From a virus, in IMG/VR virus record IMGVR_UViG_3300036770_003016: 64,000 nucleotides of DNA; one strand, written 5' to 3'. Below the pieces are notes generated by a model. The model made no database searches and had not been told where the DNA came from. It saw nothing but the letters and a program-made list of their open reading frames with translations. The translations under genes were made by a program, and so were the position numbers. Shown in pieces: positions 34,791 through 45,624 of the stretch (positions are counted from its first letter, which is position 1; each line of letters starts with the position of its first letter).

Positions 34791-36440
34791 TTATTTTCTA
34801 TTTATATTAGTATACTTGTCAACTTGAGCATCTAATTCTGGTGTCATAGATTCTTGTTGTTGATCTTGTTCTGTTACATTATCTACTGGTGGTTGAGGTA
34901 TCATACCACCATTTTGTTGTTGTTGCATTTGTTCATATTGTTCAGCAGAGCCATCTTCTTGTATTTCTTTTTCCATCTCATCAACTTCTTCTTGTGTCAT
35001 ACGAAGAACATTCTTTTTAATCCATGTTTGTGAAAAATATTTACCAACAAATGGTTCTAACATGGTAAGTGTCTGTACTCTTTCACGAAGAAGTTCTGCT
35101 TCTCTTAACTCTGTAAAATTATTATCTTTCTTGAAGTCATAATAAATGTCTTCTTTAAATTGTTCCCATTCTTCTTTAGTACAAATGCCTTTTAAAACTA
35201 ATTGTGTTTTTAGAGCATTATCAAAAATCTGTGAGAACTTATTACGAAGTCTATTGATAAATTTGGCAAATTTTAATTCATCTCTAGTTACTTCTGTTGA
35301 TCTGCCAAGTGATGCAAAACCACCACCTTGTGTTTGATCCATTCTAGAATAAGGTACATTTAAAGACTGCAATAATTTTTTACGGAAGTAATCTACATCT
35401 TCTATTTGGCCAAGATTTTGACCTGCTGGAAGTGTAGTAATCTCTGTACCTTTACCACCTTCTCTTCGTGGCAACCAAAAATCTTCAAGCATTGACATGT
35501 GTTTACGATCATCACGCAACTCACCAGTATTGGCATCATATACCATCTTGTTACGATACTTGATCATAATATCACGAAGGTATTGTTCTGCTTTACCTTT
35601 TGGCAAATTACCTACATCAATATAGAACACACGGCGTTCTGGTGCTCTTGATAGTCTATAGATTACAACTGCATCCTCAATCATTCTTAATTGATTGAGT
35701 GGTTTGATGGCCTTGTGCAAATAAGAAATAACAAAAGTATTCTTTGCATCCATCAACCCAGAGTTCACATTGATAATTGAATCTGGTGCAATTCTTACAC
35801 CAGCATTTACTTGTGCGGTGTAAGTTTGTGTTGTTGTACCACGATCATTATAAACATAGTATTCTGCTATAGATTTAATTACCATAGCACCAGTTTTAGG
35901 ATCTTTTTCTTTTTGAATCTCACGAACTTTTCTGATCTTTCGTGGATCAATATATCTTAATTCTTGTATGCCTTCTTTTGGATTAGTATCATCAACTAGA
36001 ACATGATAGTATATTCTACCGTCAATGTACCATCTCTTGAAAAGATCATCTGCCAAATTATTGAAATTTAAAAGAGTTAAAATATTTTCAAACTCTTCTT
36101 CAATTTTCTTTTTAATTGTCTGTGGTTGTTTTAGTTTGTCCATGTTAATAGACACAACTTCACCTGATTCATCATGTGTTATAGATTCATTTACGATATC
36201 ATCAATGGCCTGTTCCAATTCTGGATGATTTGCCATCTCACGATAACGAGTGATCAATTCTAATTCATTACGAACTGCGCCTTCTAAATCTACATATGTG
36301 CCATAATAAGCGTTTTGAGTGATAGTAACTGCACCATCATCAAGTGCAGATGTTGGAAGTGCAAAAGTTTTTTGCTCAGGTGGTTGTTCCTGAACAACAT
36401 CTTTTTTGCCTATATTGAAACCAAAAAGCCGAATTGCCAT
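34791..36440 (-). CDS. gp20: Portal vertex protein gp20
   Basis: Start MAIRLFGF at 36440; RAPERRVFYIDVGNLPK, EDFWLPRREGGKGTEITTLP. Confidence 0.98.
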   Translation of the reverse strand: MAIRLFGFNIGKKDVVQEQPPEQKTFALPTSALDDGAVTITQNAYYGTYVDLEGAVRNELELITRYREMANHPELEQAIDDIVNESITHDESGEVVSINMDKLKQPQTIKKKIEEEFENILTLLNFNNLADDLFKRWYIDGRIYYHVLVDDTNPKEGIQELRYIDPRKIRKVREIQKEKDPKTGAMVIKSIAEYYVYNDRGTTTQTYTAQVNAGVRIAPDSIINVNSGLMDAKNTFVISYLHKAIKPLNQLRMIEDAVVIYRLSRAPERRVFYIDVGNLPKGKAEQYLRDIMIKYRNKMVYDANTGELRDDRKHMSMLEDFWLPRREGGKGTEITTLPAGQNLGQIEDVDYFRKKLLQSLNVPYSRMDQTQGGGFASLGRSTEVTRDELKFAKFINRLRNKFSQIFDNALKTQLVLKGICTKEEWEQFKEDIYYDFKKDNNFTELREAELLRERVQTLTMLEPFVGKYFSQTWIKKNVLRMTQEEVDEMEKEIQEDGSAEQYEQMQQQQNGGMIPQPPVDNVTEQDQQQESMTPELDAQVDKYTNINRK

Positions 36441-37084
36441 CAGATGTATCTCCATTCTTTATTATTTTGCAATCTACACCATATCATCATATATGTATAA
36501 CCTTCAATTTGGCGTGAGGCTTCACTAATACTACCAAAAATACCAAATGGAGTTTCTATTTTTTTAGAATTATTGTTTTTACTACCAGATTGATTTACAT
36601 GAGGTCTTTTACCACGCATTTTTTGTTTGTGTTCTTCTGTTTTAAGAACACCTGTTAATTTTTCTTTTGCGGCTTGTGCAGCTAAAGGTTGAGTCCAAAA
36701 TCTAATATCATCTAAATGTTTTTTAACTTTTTGTTTGACTTCTGGTTTTTTATGGATTTGTTCCATTAATTTACCATGTTTTTCTTTATCAATAACAGTA
36801 TGTCCACCTTGTCCTTCTTCGTCACATAAATTTGCCCATTCTTTAGATTGTGTAACATTAAATTTTAAAGAATATTTTTTGGCAATTTCACGAAATTCTT
36901 TTTCATTTTCAGTTACAAAAAGACAAGTGGTTTTAACATTATTACCATGTTGCTTTAAATGTCTTTTCCAATATATTCCAGAACCAGTATATTTTTCACA
37001 TTCAGAAAATGAAGATGCAACATGTTTACACAAGTATTTCATACCTGTATCTACATGTTCTTTGACTAGTAAATATAATGCCAT
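36440..37084 (-). mobile_element. Free-standing homing endonuclease (degenerate GIY-YIG/Seg-like, with NUMOD-type C-terminus)
   Basis: LYLLVKEHVDTGMKYLCK...YTGSGIYWKRHLKQHG...WANL; IETPFGIFGSISEASR; inserted between gp19 and gp20. Confidence 0.8.
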
Positions 37085-37104
37085 ACGGTGTCTTTCATCC
37101 TATA

Positions 37105-37138
37105 AAAAAATAATAGATGGGGTTACCCCCACCTATTA
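37105..37138 (-). terminator. Terminator after gp19
   Basis: TAATAGGTGGGG-GTAA-CCCCATCTATTA followed by a T run. Confidence 0.85.
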
Positions 37139-37681
37139 CACTACACCAGTCTCTACAGATTCCCACCACTGATAAGACAGAGTTACAGAGAACTCTTCAA
37201 TTGTATCATTTGCACCCCAATCAACATCAATTGGAGTGATATCTGATGGGAATAGACCTATAAATTTATACTTCTTCAGAACATTACCAGCTTTACCAAA
37301 CTGAGTAACATCTCCATCAACACTATAACCTAATGGTGTTAATGCAATTGGACTTCTTACATTAGTACTATGAGTATTTAGGGCGTTCATCCATCTTTCA
37401 AAAGCGTTACGAATGATGAAGTCTTCGTCGTTAATAATTGTAATTGTCCAATCTACAAATGATCTATTACCTACAAACTTTAATTCTCTACCAAAGTATT
37501 GAACTGGCACAACACCAAGAGTTGATCCTGGTAGTTGTGCTGTCTTACACATGAATGTTAGTTTTTGTTGTGCGTTTCCTGGTAGTGAGAATACAGGAAA
37601 CGGCATGGATACTTCAAATAGATTGGGACGAGCTCCGTCTCCAGTCATTTGTGATCTAAATTCGTTTACTGAAAATGCCAT
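37136..37681 (-). CDS. gp19: Tail tube protein gp19
   Basis: GARPNLFEV, GRELKFVGNRSF, WTITIINDEDF, IEEFSVT. Confidence 0.97.
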   Translation of the reverse strand: MAFSVNEFRSQMTGDGARPNLFEVSMPFPVFSLPGNAQQKLTFMCKTAQLPGSTLGVVPVQYFGRELKFVGNRSFVDWTITIINDEDFIIRNAFERWMNALNTHSTNVRSPIALTPLGYSVDGDVTQFGKAGNVLKKYKFIGLFPSDITPIDVDWGANDTIEEFSVTLSYQWWESVETGVV

Positions 37682-37707
37682 TTAATTATCTCCTGTTTTT
37701 CTATTTA

Positions 37708-39627
37708 TTAACCAAAACGACCAACTATTTCTTCAAATCTTACTCCAGTTCTTACTGCAATAAAGTTAAGTTGAATAAAGTTGATTGAACGAGCAGGTTT
37801 AATGTAAATGTCGCCAATAAATTCATTGCGATCAATTACTTCGGCTGTATTATTTGTTTCATCGCATACAACTCTGAAGTCACTAATACCACGGCGTCCT
37901 TGAACATCACGAAGATATGGTTCAACTAAGTTTACAAATTGTGCTCTTGTGAATTGATCATTAAATTCAAACAATGAAGAACGAGCAGCTCTTGCAATTG
38001 CTTTTTCAAGTACAATAAAGAGTCTACGAACATTGATACGATCAAATGCACTTGGTCTGGCAAGAAGAGTTTTGTCTCCAAATAACATTGTACCTTCGCC
38101 TGGGAAACTAACTACAGGATTAATACCTTTGACATATAAATCATCTCTTTCAGCTTTAGTTGGATTCCAAGAAAGTTTAATGATATTTTTAATTATGCCT
38201 CTATTTGAACCTGCAGGTGAATACCAAGGATCTCTTTCTAAGTCTGTTCTTGCACATAGACCTGCAATGTCAGCATTAAGTGGAACCCAACGATAAGTAT
38301 CATTGTACTTGTCGTACTGATATTTCCAACCAGAATCCATCACTGCAAATGAAGAAGATTTGTTTAATGTTGTATTACGGTATAATAATACATCAGTTGA
38401 TTCTGATCCGTAATTATCTACAACATCAGCTTTTAATGGTGATATAAATGCAACACAATCTTTGCGATCTTCTGCAATATCAATAATCTGAGATGCAACA
38501 GTATTTCCAGCAGGACCAGCAATAATTAGAGATATGTCTACAGAGTCAGGATTGGAAACTTGTGAGTATGAATTTGCTATATAATTTTCATTTACATCAC
38601 CATCTGCACCACCTCTAAGTGATACTGTAATTGCATCTTCTAATAAATTAAAATCTGTTGTGGCATTTTCGCCCCAATTCGTTGTAGGTAATGGGTGAGA
38701 TAACCACCAAACATATTTTGAACGATTATTTAAAACATCTTTGTAATAATTTGAAGTTCCATCTGGGTTTTTAGCATCAGCTGCTTTAGATACAAATGCA
38801 AATCTTTCTAGTACAGCATTTGCTGTTCCACTAAATGAACCTCCTGTATCAACTACTACAATATGTAATTCATCGTTAGCACCACTTAAATTTGAAACAT
38901 AATCTGATGTAGCTGGTTCATCTGTGAATAAAGATGCATATGCCCAACCAGTAAATGTGTTTGAATCTGCCATCTCTATAGTAATAGAATTCCCTAAAAC
39001 ACCTGGATATTTTGCAGCAAATTCACCATAACTATTTGCGCCAGTTGTATGATTTAATTGATAATCAATTTCATTTTCAATTTGAATATTATCAAATCTC
39101 AATTCAATTAAACCTGATTGACCATTCGCACCTAAAGCAGCAGTTAAAGTAGCAGGACTTATTGTGGGTATTTCAAAAAATGAACCGCCTTGTAAAACAG
39201 TAGCTGTATTAATAGTACCATTTGCATCAGTTGTAACTTGTATTACTGCATCAGATTCATTACCTAGCAATGTTATAGTGGTATTAACATTTGGTTCATA
39301 TAACACACCATTAACTTGAATAATTGCACTACCAATTGGATTTTTTGAAGTTGCATTATAAGAATCTGATGCGACTGAACGAACTACTTTGAGATTGTTT
39401 GAGTATGCTAGAAAATTTGCGGCTGAAAACCAGTATTCATAATTATCATTTGTAGGTTTACCAAATCTTTCGACTAAACGAATCTCGTCAGAAATAGTAA
39501 CTACTTCATTAGCTGGACCCCAAGCAAACTTCCCGGCAAATGCGCCAATAGAACTGGCAATTGAAGGCACAACTGTACTCAGATCAATTTCTGATACATT
39601 TACGCCAGCTGATAATTGAAATGCCAT
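37708..39627 (-). CDS. gp18: Tail sheath protein gp18
   Basis: SAGVNVSEIDLS, PWYSPAG..RG, FDRINVRRLF, IKPARSINFI. Confidence 0.98.
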   Translation of the reverse strand: MAFQLSAGVNVSEIDLSTVVPSIASSIGAFAGKFAWGPANEVVTISDEIRLVERFGKPTNDNYEYWFSAANFLAYSNNLKVVRSVASDSYNATSKNPIGSAIIQVNGVLYEPNVNTTITLLGNESDAVIQVTTDANGTINTATVLQGGSFFEIPTISPATLTAALGANGQSGLIELRFDNIQIENEIDYQLNHTTGANSYGEFAAKYPGVLGNSITIEMADSNTFTGWAYASLFTDEPATSDYVSNLSGANDELHIVVVDTGGSFSGTANAVLERFAFVSKAADAKNPDGTSNYYKDVLNNRSKYVWWLSHPLPTTNWGENATTDFNLLEDAITVSLRGGADGDVNENYIANSYSQVSNPDSVDISLIIAGPAGNTVASQIIDIAEDRKDCVAFISPLKADVVDNYGSESTDVLLYRNTTLNKSSSFAVMDSGWKYQYDKYNDTYRWVPLNADIAGLCARTDLERDPWYSPAGSNRGIIKNIIKLSWNPTKAERDDLYVKGINPVVSFPGEGTMLFGDKTLLARPSAFDRINVRRLFIVLEKAIARAARSSLFEFNDQFTRAQFVNLVEPYLRDVQGRRGISDFRVVCDETNNTAEVIDRNEFIGDIYIKPARSINFIQLNFIAVRTGVRFEEIVGRFG

Positions 39628-39681
39628 GGATTTCTCCTTATATTGTTTGGATCAATTTTCTTTATTGTGTATTTAGTGTTT

Positions 39682-41376
39682 TTACAATCTAGACGATAAA
39701 TACCCTGGAGGCAAAGCAGTTTTCTCTTCTGCCATGTTGTAATTGCCCCAAACATCTCCACCTTCTATCATCAACTCTTCTTGTTGTCCATCATTTAAAA
39801 ATCCTATAGGTAACATCTCTTCTTCGATCTGTTTAATTTTTTCTTCGTAGATTGCTTGTCTTAAATTAACATCCGTTATTTCTTTGAAGTATGGATTGGT
39901 AGTTAACCATCCAAAAAGAACTAGACACATAACTAAATCGTCATGATAACCTTCGTCGGCCTCATATGAATCTCTTTTTTCAATAAATGTTGACATCTCT
40001 GATATCACATCAGAGTCAAAAACTAATAACTTTTTCTCTTCAATTAAAGATTTAAAGTTAAAACAACCTATGCGTTTTATCTTTCTATCTGTATGAACTC
40101 CAAGTCTTGTCTTACCTGCACCACCAAAACCACCAGTTATTTGTTGCCCTCTTGAAGTTTTTGATACAAAGAATATATTTTCATACTCATATTCGGTATA
40201 TAAAATGTGTGCGACTTGTTCAGACATATTTACTTCAAGTAAAACATAAGCCTGATTGTACTGCGATGCAACTTTATAAATGACAGATGGATATACGAGT
40301 GGAGCTATACTATTGTTTCTATATTTGGCAACCAATTTATATGGTATTTCTGTAACATCTATGACAACAAATGCAGAATAATCACCACCTACGCCTTGTG
40401 CGGTATCAACGACAAGAACATATGATCTAGGTTTAACTAAAACTTTACCATGTTGATCTTTTTGTCCTACAACAGGATACTCATATACATCAAGACCCTC
40501 ATCTTGTAATATTGGAGTGTTATACGACATTTGTTCAATTGCATCTGCACGAATAAGAGTAAGTGCAGAACCAAGAAACTTACATAGAACTTCTTGATTA
40601 TATTTTACTTCTCCAAGAACACCTCGTTGTTCTGCTGCCCATTTATCATCACGACCTGGAATTTCCCAATATGGAATGAACAAAGGAACAAAACCGTTTC
40701 TACCATTCTCTGCATCATTCCAAAACTTCCAAAAGTGATTGTAACCAAGAGGTGTAGAAGTAATTAGAATTTTTGTTGTCTTACCAGCAGAAACTACAGG
40801 GTAAACAGAAGTAAAGAACTGGTCTGCAATATTGTTTGGAATGATTGCAGCCTCGTCAATATACAGAAGGTTGACTGACTTGGAACGAATACCTGCCGCA
40901 GTAGTTGCAGCAGTAAATACTTTAGAACCATTCTCTAGTTCTATGTCTCCTTTGTTCCATGTCTTAATACCTTGTTGCATCCATATAGGTAAATTCTCAT
41001 ACATCAACTGATAACGAGAAAGAATTTCTCTGGCTGTTTTGTCTTTGTTTGCTAGAATCGCAACATTCTTATCTGCTTGAAACAAAGTATACCATAAAAT
41101 ATATGCAGCAGATGTTGTAGTTTTTCCTGCCTGACGAGATTCCATAATGATAACTCTACGGTTATCATGAATGGTTTTTATTTTTTTCTTTTGACAATCG
41201 TAGAGTTTGAACTGTTGTATACCGTGATCAAGTGTAACGATGTAACAGTAGTTATCAATAAAGTAAATAGGATCTTCAGAACACTTTTGGTATTCTATAA
41301 TTTGTTCTTCACTAAATGATATTGGAATACCAACTTTTTTAAGGTTGGCATTTCCTAAGTAACTTGTATCAGACAT
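39682..41376 (-). CDS. gp17: Terminase large subunit gp17
   Basis: SRQAGKTT, YIDEAA, ITSTPLG, GYHDDLVM; no intein visible. Confidence 0.98.
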   Translation of the reverse strand: MSDTSYLGNANLKKVGIPISFSEEQIIEYQKCSEDPIYFIDNYCYIVTLDHGIQQFKLYDCQKKKIKTIHDNRRVIIMESRQAGKTTTSAAYILWYTLFQADKNVAILANKDKTAREILSRYQLMYENLPIWMQQGIKTWNKGDIELENGSKVFTAATTAAGIRSKSVNLLYIDEAAIIPNNIADQFFTSVYPVVSAGKTTKILITSTPLGYNHFWKFWNDAENGRNGFVPLFIPYWEIPGRDDKWAAEQRGVLGEVKYNQEVLCKFLGSALTLIRADAIEQMSYNTPILQDEGLDVYEYPVVGQKDQHGKVLVKPRSYVLVVDTAQGVGGDYSAFVVIDVTEIPYKLVAKYRNNSIAPLVYPSVIYKVASQYNQAYVLLEVNMSEQVAHILYTEYEYENIFFVSKTSRGQQITGGFGGAGKTRLGVHTDRKIKRIGCFNFKSLIEEKKLLVFDSDVISEMSTFIEKRDSYEADEGYHDDLVMCLVLFGWLTTNPYFKEITDVNLRQAIYEEKIKQIEEEMLPIGFLNDGQQEELMIEGGDVWGNYNMAEEKTALPPGYLSSRL

Positions 41377-41798
41377 TATTTCTTAAGTAGTTTCATTAAC
41401 TCTGCTGTAGAACCAACAAATAAAGCTTTCTCAACATTTACATCTCCAGCTTTGTTTTGTGATGTTACCATCAAATCTTTTTTGCGTTTCTGTATCTCTA
41501 ACAAGTCTTTATTTAGATCAGACATATTCTTAATCAAAGTTGCCATAACTTCATATGCACGAGGATGTTGACTATCACGAGCAACAACTGCCAATTCATC
41601 TACAGCCTTACTTCCTTTTTGAAGTAAATCTTTAATGTTTTGTCTTGCAATCTCTGTGTCTGACTCTATAGGATTAGAAAACTCAATTGGAACAGTTTCT
41701 TTTTGTGGTTCTTGAACTTCTAAAGGAATAGGTTCTACATCAAATATTTCAGATAATTTTTCATTTGTTTTATGCATAATTTTCTTATTTTCTATCAT
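41376..41798 (-). CDS. gp16: Terminase small subunit gp16 (start may be 41777)
   Basis: HPRAYEV, LFVGSTAELMKLL. Confidence 0.95.
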   Translation of the reverse strand: MIENKKIMHKTNEKLSEIFDVEPIPLEVQEPQKETVPIEFSNPIESDTEIARQNIKDLLQKGSKAVDELAVVARDSQHPRAYEVMATLIKNMSDLNKDLLEIQKRKKDLMVTSQNKAGDVNVEKALFVGSTAELMKLLKK

Positions 41799-43823
41799 TT
41801 AGAATCCTGTCATCTGACCCAATACAACATATTCGTTACCGCTAATACCGGTGCAAAGTATGCTAAATGTTACCACATCTATTCCAGTGTTAGTTGGTGT
41901 TGGAAGAGTATTGCCTTGCCATATGAGTGTTTTTGCACTACCTTCAATTTGAACAGCACTAGGATATCCAGGAGTTCCTGTTTGTTCTATAACTATGGTT
42001 AATACAGTAGCATAACCTTCGGCCAAGTTTAAATTAGTAAAGTTAGCAGTCCAGTTACCACTTACTGATGTGCAGTAAGATATGTATCCAGTGCTACAAT
42101 CAAAATCTGATGTAAATCCGCCACCATCTCCAGCTCTGATGGTTAAAACTTCGTGAACACCGTCTTCAATTTTAAGAACATTTGTTGTTATATTTCCAAC
42201 GGTTAATAAGTTACTGTCTGTTCGATAGGATAAATCTGTATCTGCTCTTACAACCACAGATCCAGTTGTAGCATCTACGAATGTTGGATACATCGTAGTG
42301 GTTAAACCATTTGTAGCCAATATGTCAACTGTTGCGGCATTCCCAGTAAATGCCGTGCTTTGATTTGTATTATCTGGAAATGTTAAAGTTAAATCTCTAT
42401 TAAATTGCCAAAACCCAGCTCCAGTAAAAGCAATCGCCAAAGTGTCATTGTAAGATTCAAGACCCGTTTCATTTATCCAAGTATTTGTTGTTTCTGAATC
42501 ACCTGGTTTCAAATCAATTTGTGGTAATGTTAAAGAACCACCTTGAAATATATAAGATACTGGAATACCACTTGTTTGTTCTATCACAAATGGTTCAGAA
42601 ACAGATAAATTGCCAGTTTCAGTTAATATAACAGAATATGAATTGTTTGATAACGTAGATGTTGATATTGTAAGAGTGTTTGCATAATCATAAGCATCTT
42701 GTGCTAATACATTTGCTGAATTTGCTATAGTAGAAATACTACTTATAATATTTGAATTATCGGTTAAATCTGCAACATCTTGTATATAATTTGCAACAAC
42801 CAAATACCAAATGTTTTCTTCTATTTTAATCAAGCGAGCAAAACTTCTGGCAGGTATAAACCATGATGCTCTTGCTTCTCCAGATCCAACAGCATAAATT
42901 TGAGCTTCAACTTCTTCAATGTGTTGAACTCTTTCAACTGTTATTCCAATACTTTCAGTTATAATTCCAACTTCTGAACCTATTGGAAAATCTAAGTCAC
43001 TGTCTCTTGGTACTGATATTGTCATATCATAACCACGAAGAATTCTCTTAGAATCAATTGATCTTATTGTATAGTTATCATTATCAAGCCAAACAACAGG
43101 CCAATCTAGTGGAACTGATGCAGTAATTTGAGTTGTTCCATCTTCAAAAATAACACCAACTTGATTAGAAGTATCAATCAATTCTCTAGTGTAAGCAAAA
43201 GAACCATTTGCACCCCCAACACCACCTAAATCCCATTGTGTAAATTTTACTTTATAATACTTATCATTTGTAATATCGTGCATAACCAATTCTGCACCAA
43301 CAATGTTACTTCCTACTTTTTTTCTTAATGCTTCTGTAAAAGTTCTATAGTGTCTAAATTTAACATTGTCAAGATTACTCCAACCAGTCCAATTCCATTC
43401 TGTATTTGCTGGACTTACATCTCTATTAAAACTTACTTCTACGGCAGAGTTATAAATTCCTTGTCCATTGTTTGCCCTTGCAAGAGAAAGACCAGTGTCT
43501 ATAACATCAGAAATATCCGTATTTGCTGCTCGTGTAAAAGTAATTATATTAGATGTAGGTTCATGTCTTTCAGTAAGTTCTATATGTGTGTATATTACTG
43601 TATTTGCAGCTGCTTGAGCTGTTGTATATGCTAAATTTGCTTTTTCTCGAGCTACAGGATCTACTTGCGTATCTGAAACAATACTATTGGCATAATTATA
43701 AGATGCTTGTGCAATATTATAAACTTCAGTAAAATTATCATTTACTTTAATAAATGCTGTACGCAGAGGATCACCTGTACCAGTATTTGGCCCTGTGCCT
43801 ATGTTAATTGTTTGTTTTGCCAT
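41799..43823 (-). CDS. Mosaic virion structural/fibre protein with a gp9/gp10-like N-terminus
   Basis: MAKQTINIGTGPNTGTGDPLRTAFIKVNDNFTEVY. Confidence 0.7.
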   Translation of the reverse strand: MAKQTINIGTGPNTGTGDPLRTAFIKVNDNFTEVYNIAQASYNYANSIVSDTQVDPVAREKANLAYTTAQAAANTVIYTHIELTERHEPTSNIITFTRAANTDISDVIDTGLSLARANNGQGIYNSAVEVSFNRDVSPANTEWNWTGWSNLDNVKFRHYRTFTEALRKKVGSNIVGAELVMHDITNDKYYKVKFTQWDLGGVGGANGSFAYTRELIDTSNQVGVIFEDGTTQITASVPLDWPVVWLDNDNYTIRSIDSKRILRGYDMTISVPRDSDLDFPIGSEVGIITESIGITVERVQHIEEVEAQIYAVGSGEARASWFIPARSFARLIKIEENIWYLVVANYIQDVADLTDNSNIISSISTIANSANVLAQDAYDYANTLTISTSTLSNNSYSVILTETGNLSVSEPFVIEQTSGIPVSYIFQGGSLTLPQIDLKPGDSETTNTWINETGLESYNDTLAIAFTGAGFWQFNRDLTLTFPDNTNQSTAFTGNAATVDILATNGLTTTMYPTFVDATTGSVVVRADTDLSYRTDSNLLTVGNITTNVLKIEDGVHEVLTIRAGDGGGFTSDFDCSTGYISYCTSVSGNWTANFTNLNLAEGYATVLTIVIEQTGTPGYPSAVQIEGSAKTLIWQGNTLPTPTNTGIDVVTFSILCTGISGNEYVVLGQMTGF

Positions 43824-44719
43824 TATTGTTTATCCGTAGTTATAATAATTGAATCTGTAGAAAAAATTGTAGAATCTGTTGTAAATAAAGAAATAATATT
43901 ATTTGAATATTGTTGAGCATTAAAATATTCAGTTATTGTTTCAGTAAAACCAAATCCATCATCTGGTTCAGCATCTAATGGATTAGATTGAACTTCAACT
44001 TTTGCAGTTTTAGTATTCAAAGTAGGATCAACATATACATTACCTATAACTCCACCAAATCCACCTGTACCATCTAGACCACCTACATCACTATATTGAC
44101 CAATTAAACCACCACCAACTTTAACTGGTGGCCATATGTAACCTTTTGCAGTAAATGATAAGTCCCAAATAATAAGTCTTGTTGTTGACATATCACCTTC
44201 ATAATCAACATTTGATGTTACAGAATTCAATATGATTGGCATATCATATTTTTGTTCAAATGCATTTATAAAATCAACTGTTACAGTAAAATCTGGTGTA
44301 AAAAATGGAAGTATCTGTTCAAGTATTTGAGTACCGTCTTCTGTGTGTCTAACAAATATAGACAAAGAAAATTCAAAATTATATGGTACTGGAACAAACT
44401 GTGTACTTAAACCACTCTCAGAATTATATGCAAAATTTTGTAAAAGACTTTGTTGTTTTCTAGATATGTCATATGACAAACTATCAAGATTGAAAGACAT
44501 TCTTGGTACTACTGTGTTTACAGATTTTGTTAAATTTGGATCAGAAAGAATTCGTGTTAAATATTTTTCTTTAGCACCATAAGATAATGGTACAGTCATT
44601 TTTAATTGTGGTTGATTGGCTTTATTAAAACGAATAATTTCTAAATCATTAAAAAGTGTGCCAAATGCTACAACAACTTTTCTTATAGTTCGATTATAAA
44701 AATGTGGGTTACCTAACAT
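43823..44719 (-). CDS. gp15: Tail sheath stabiliser/terminator gp15
   Basis: FYNRTIRKVVVAFGTLFN, PRMSF, QILEQILPFFTP. Confidence 0.95.
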   Translation of the reverse strand: MLGNPHFYNRTIRKVVVAFGTLFNDLEIIRFNKANQPQLKMTVPLSYGAKEKYLTRILSDPNLTKSVNTVVPRMSFNLDSLSYDISRKQQSLLQNFAYNSESGLSTQFVPVPYNFEFSLSIFVRHTEDGTQILEQILPFFTPDFTVTVDFINAFEQKYDMPIILNSVTSNVDYEGDMSTTRLIIWDLSFTAKGYIWPPVKVGGGLIGQYSDVGGLDGTGGFGGVIGNVYVDPTLNTKTAKVEVQSNPLDAEPDDGFGFTETITEYFNAQQYSNNIISLFTTDSTIFSTDSIIITTDKQ

Positions 44720-45621
44720 TAACCTTCTCCAAATGGATTTTTTTCAGACCAATCTAATATTTCATCACTCTCAGTTTGTATACGATTGTTGTCTATAATA
44801 TCTTCAAATGCATTATCTAAAGTGGCAAAGTCTGAAATTATATTTGAAGTGTAAATTGAACCAGAAGTATTGCCAATTAAACTACCTGATCCAAAAGTAC
44901 CGTTTACTCTATAAAGTTCAACAAATTTATTTGGGCCATTTGTTACAGAACTATAAACTAAAGCTTGTGCTGTTGCATTTGCTAAATCTGTTCCTTGGTA
45001 AACAATTTCATCATTTATATATTGGCCAGAACCGCTTGATAATGTAATTTTTGTTCTTGCATAACTATCTCTAATTTGACTATCAATTTCTTCTATGCCA
45101 GTTTCTACAATCTCATTAGAGAAAACAAATTGTTTTAATTTAAGAGCATATACATAAACATTACCACCACGACCTCTGCCTAAAGTATAGAACATAGCCT
45201 GATCATTTTCATGTTCTACAAATGTAATCTCAAAAAAATTCTCAACTAAAGGTATGTAAACTAAATCGCCTTCTCTTGGTCGTATTAGATTAGACCCGGC
45301 TGTAGCAAATTTAAATCTTCTTCTAGATACTAATAATTGAACTTCATCACGAATCTCTAAACCAAATTTAGAAATAAAATCACCTTCACCATCCATGCCA
45401 GAGACATTCTCTAGATACATTTCAATTGAATGAGCTCTAGTAAATTGTTTTAGTGGTTCATCTCCAAACAAATAGTCTGTTTCTGATTCATTAGATTTAG
45501 GTAAATAATATACATCCATACCATGTATCTGCATGGCCTCAATTACAAGGTCTTCTACAAGAAGTTGTTCTTGTGTTATATGATTTGCTGGAAAATTGTT
45601 AAAATAGAAATTTGTTGCCAC
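44719..45621 (-). CDS. gp14: Neck protein gp14
   Basis: EQLLVEDLVIE, SKFGLEIRDE, RPREGDLVY, WSEKNPFG. Confidence 0.95.
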   Translation of the reverse strand: MATNFYFNNFPANHITQEQLLVEDLVIEAMQIHGMDVYYLPKSNESETDYLFGDEPLKQFTRAHSIEMYLENVSGMDGEGDFISKFGLEIRDEVQLLVSRRRFKFATAGSNLIRPREGDLVYIPLVENFFEITFVEHENDQAMFYTLGRGRGGNVYVYALKLKQFVFSNEIVETGIEEIDSQIRDSYARTKITLSSGSGQYINDEIVYQGTDLANATAQALVYSSVTNGPNKFVELYRVNGTFGSGSLIGNTSGSIYTSNIISDFATLDNAFEDIIDNNRIQTESDEILDWSEKNPFGEG

Positions 45622-45624
45622 AAT

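Noticed and set aside
2555-41376. Introns or inteins in gp43, gp46, uvsW, gp20, gp17
   Set aside because: ORFs are continuous with ordinary lengths; both endonucleases are intergenic
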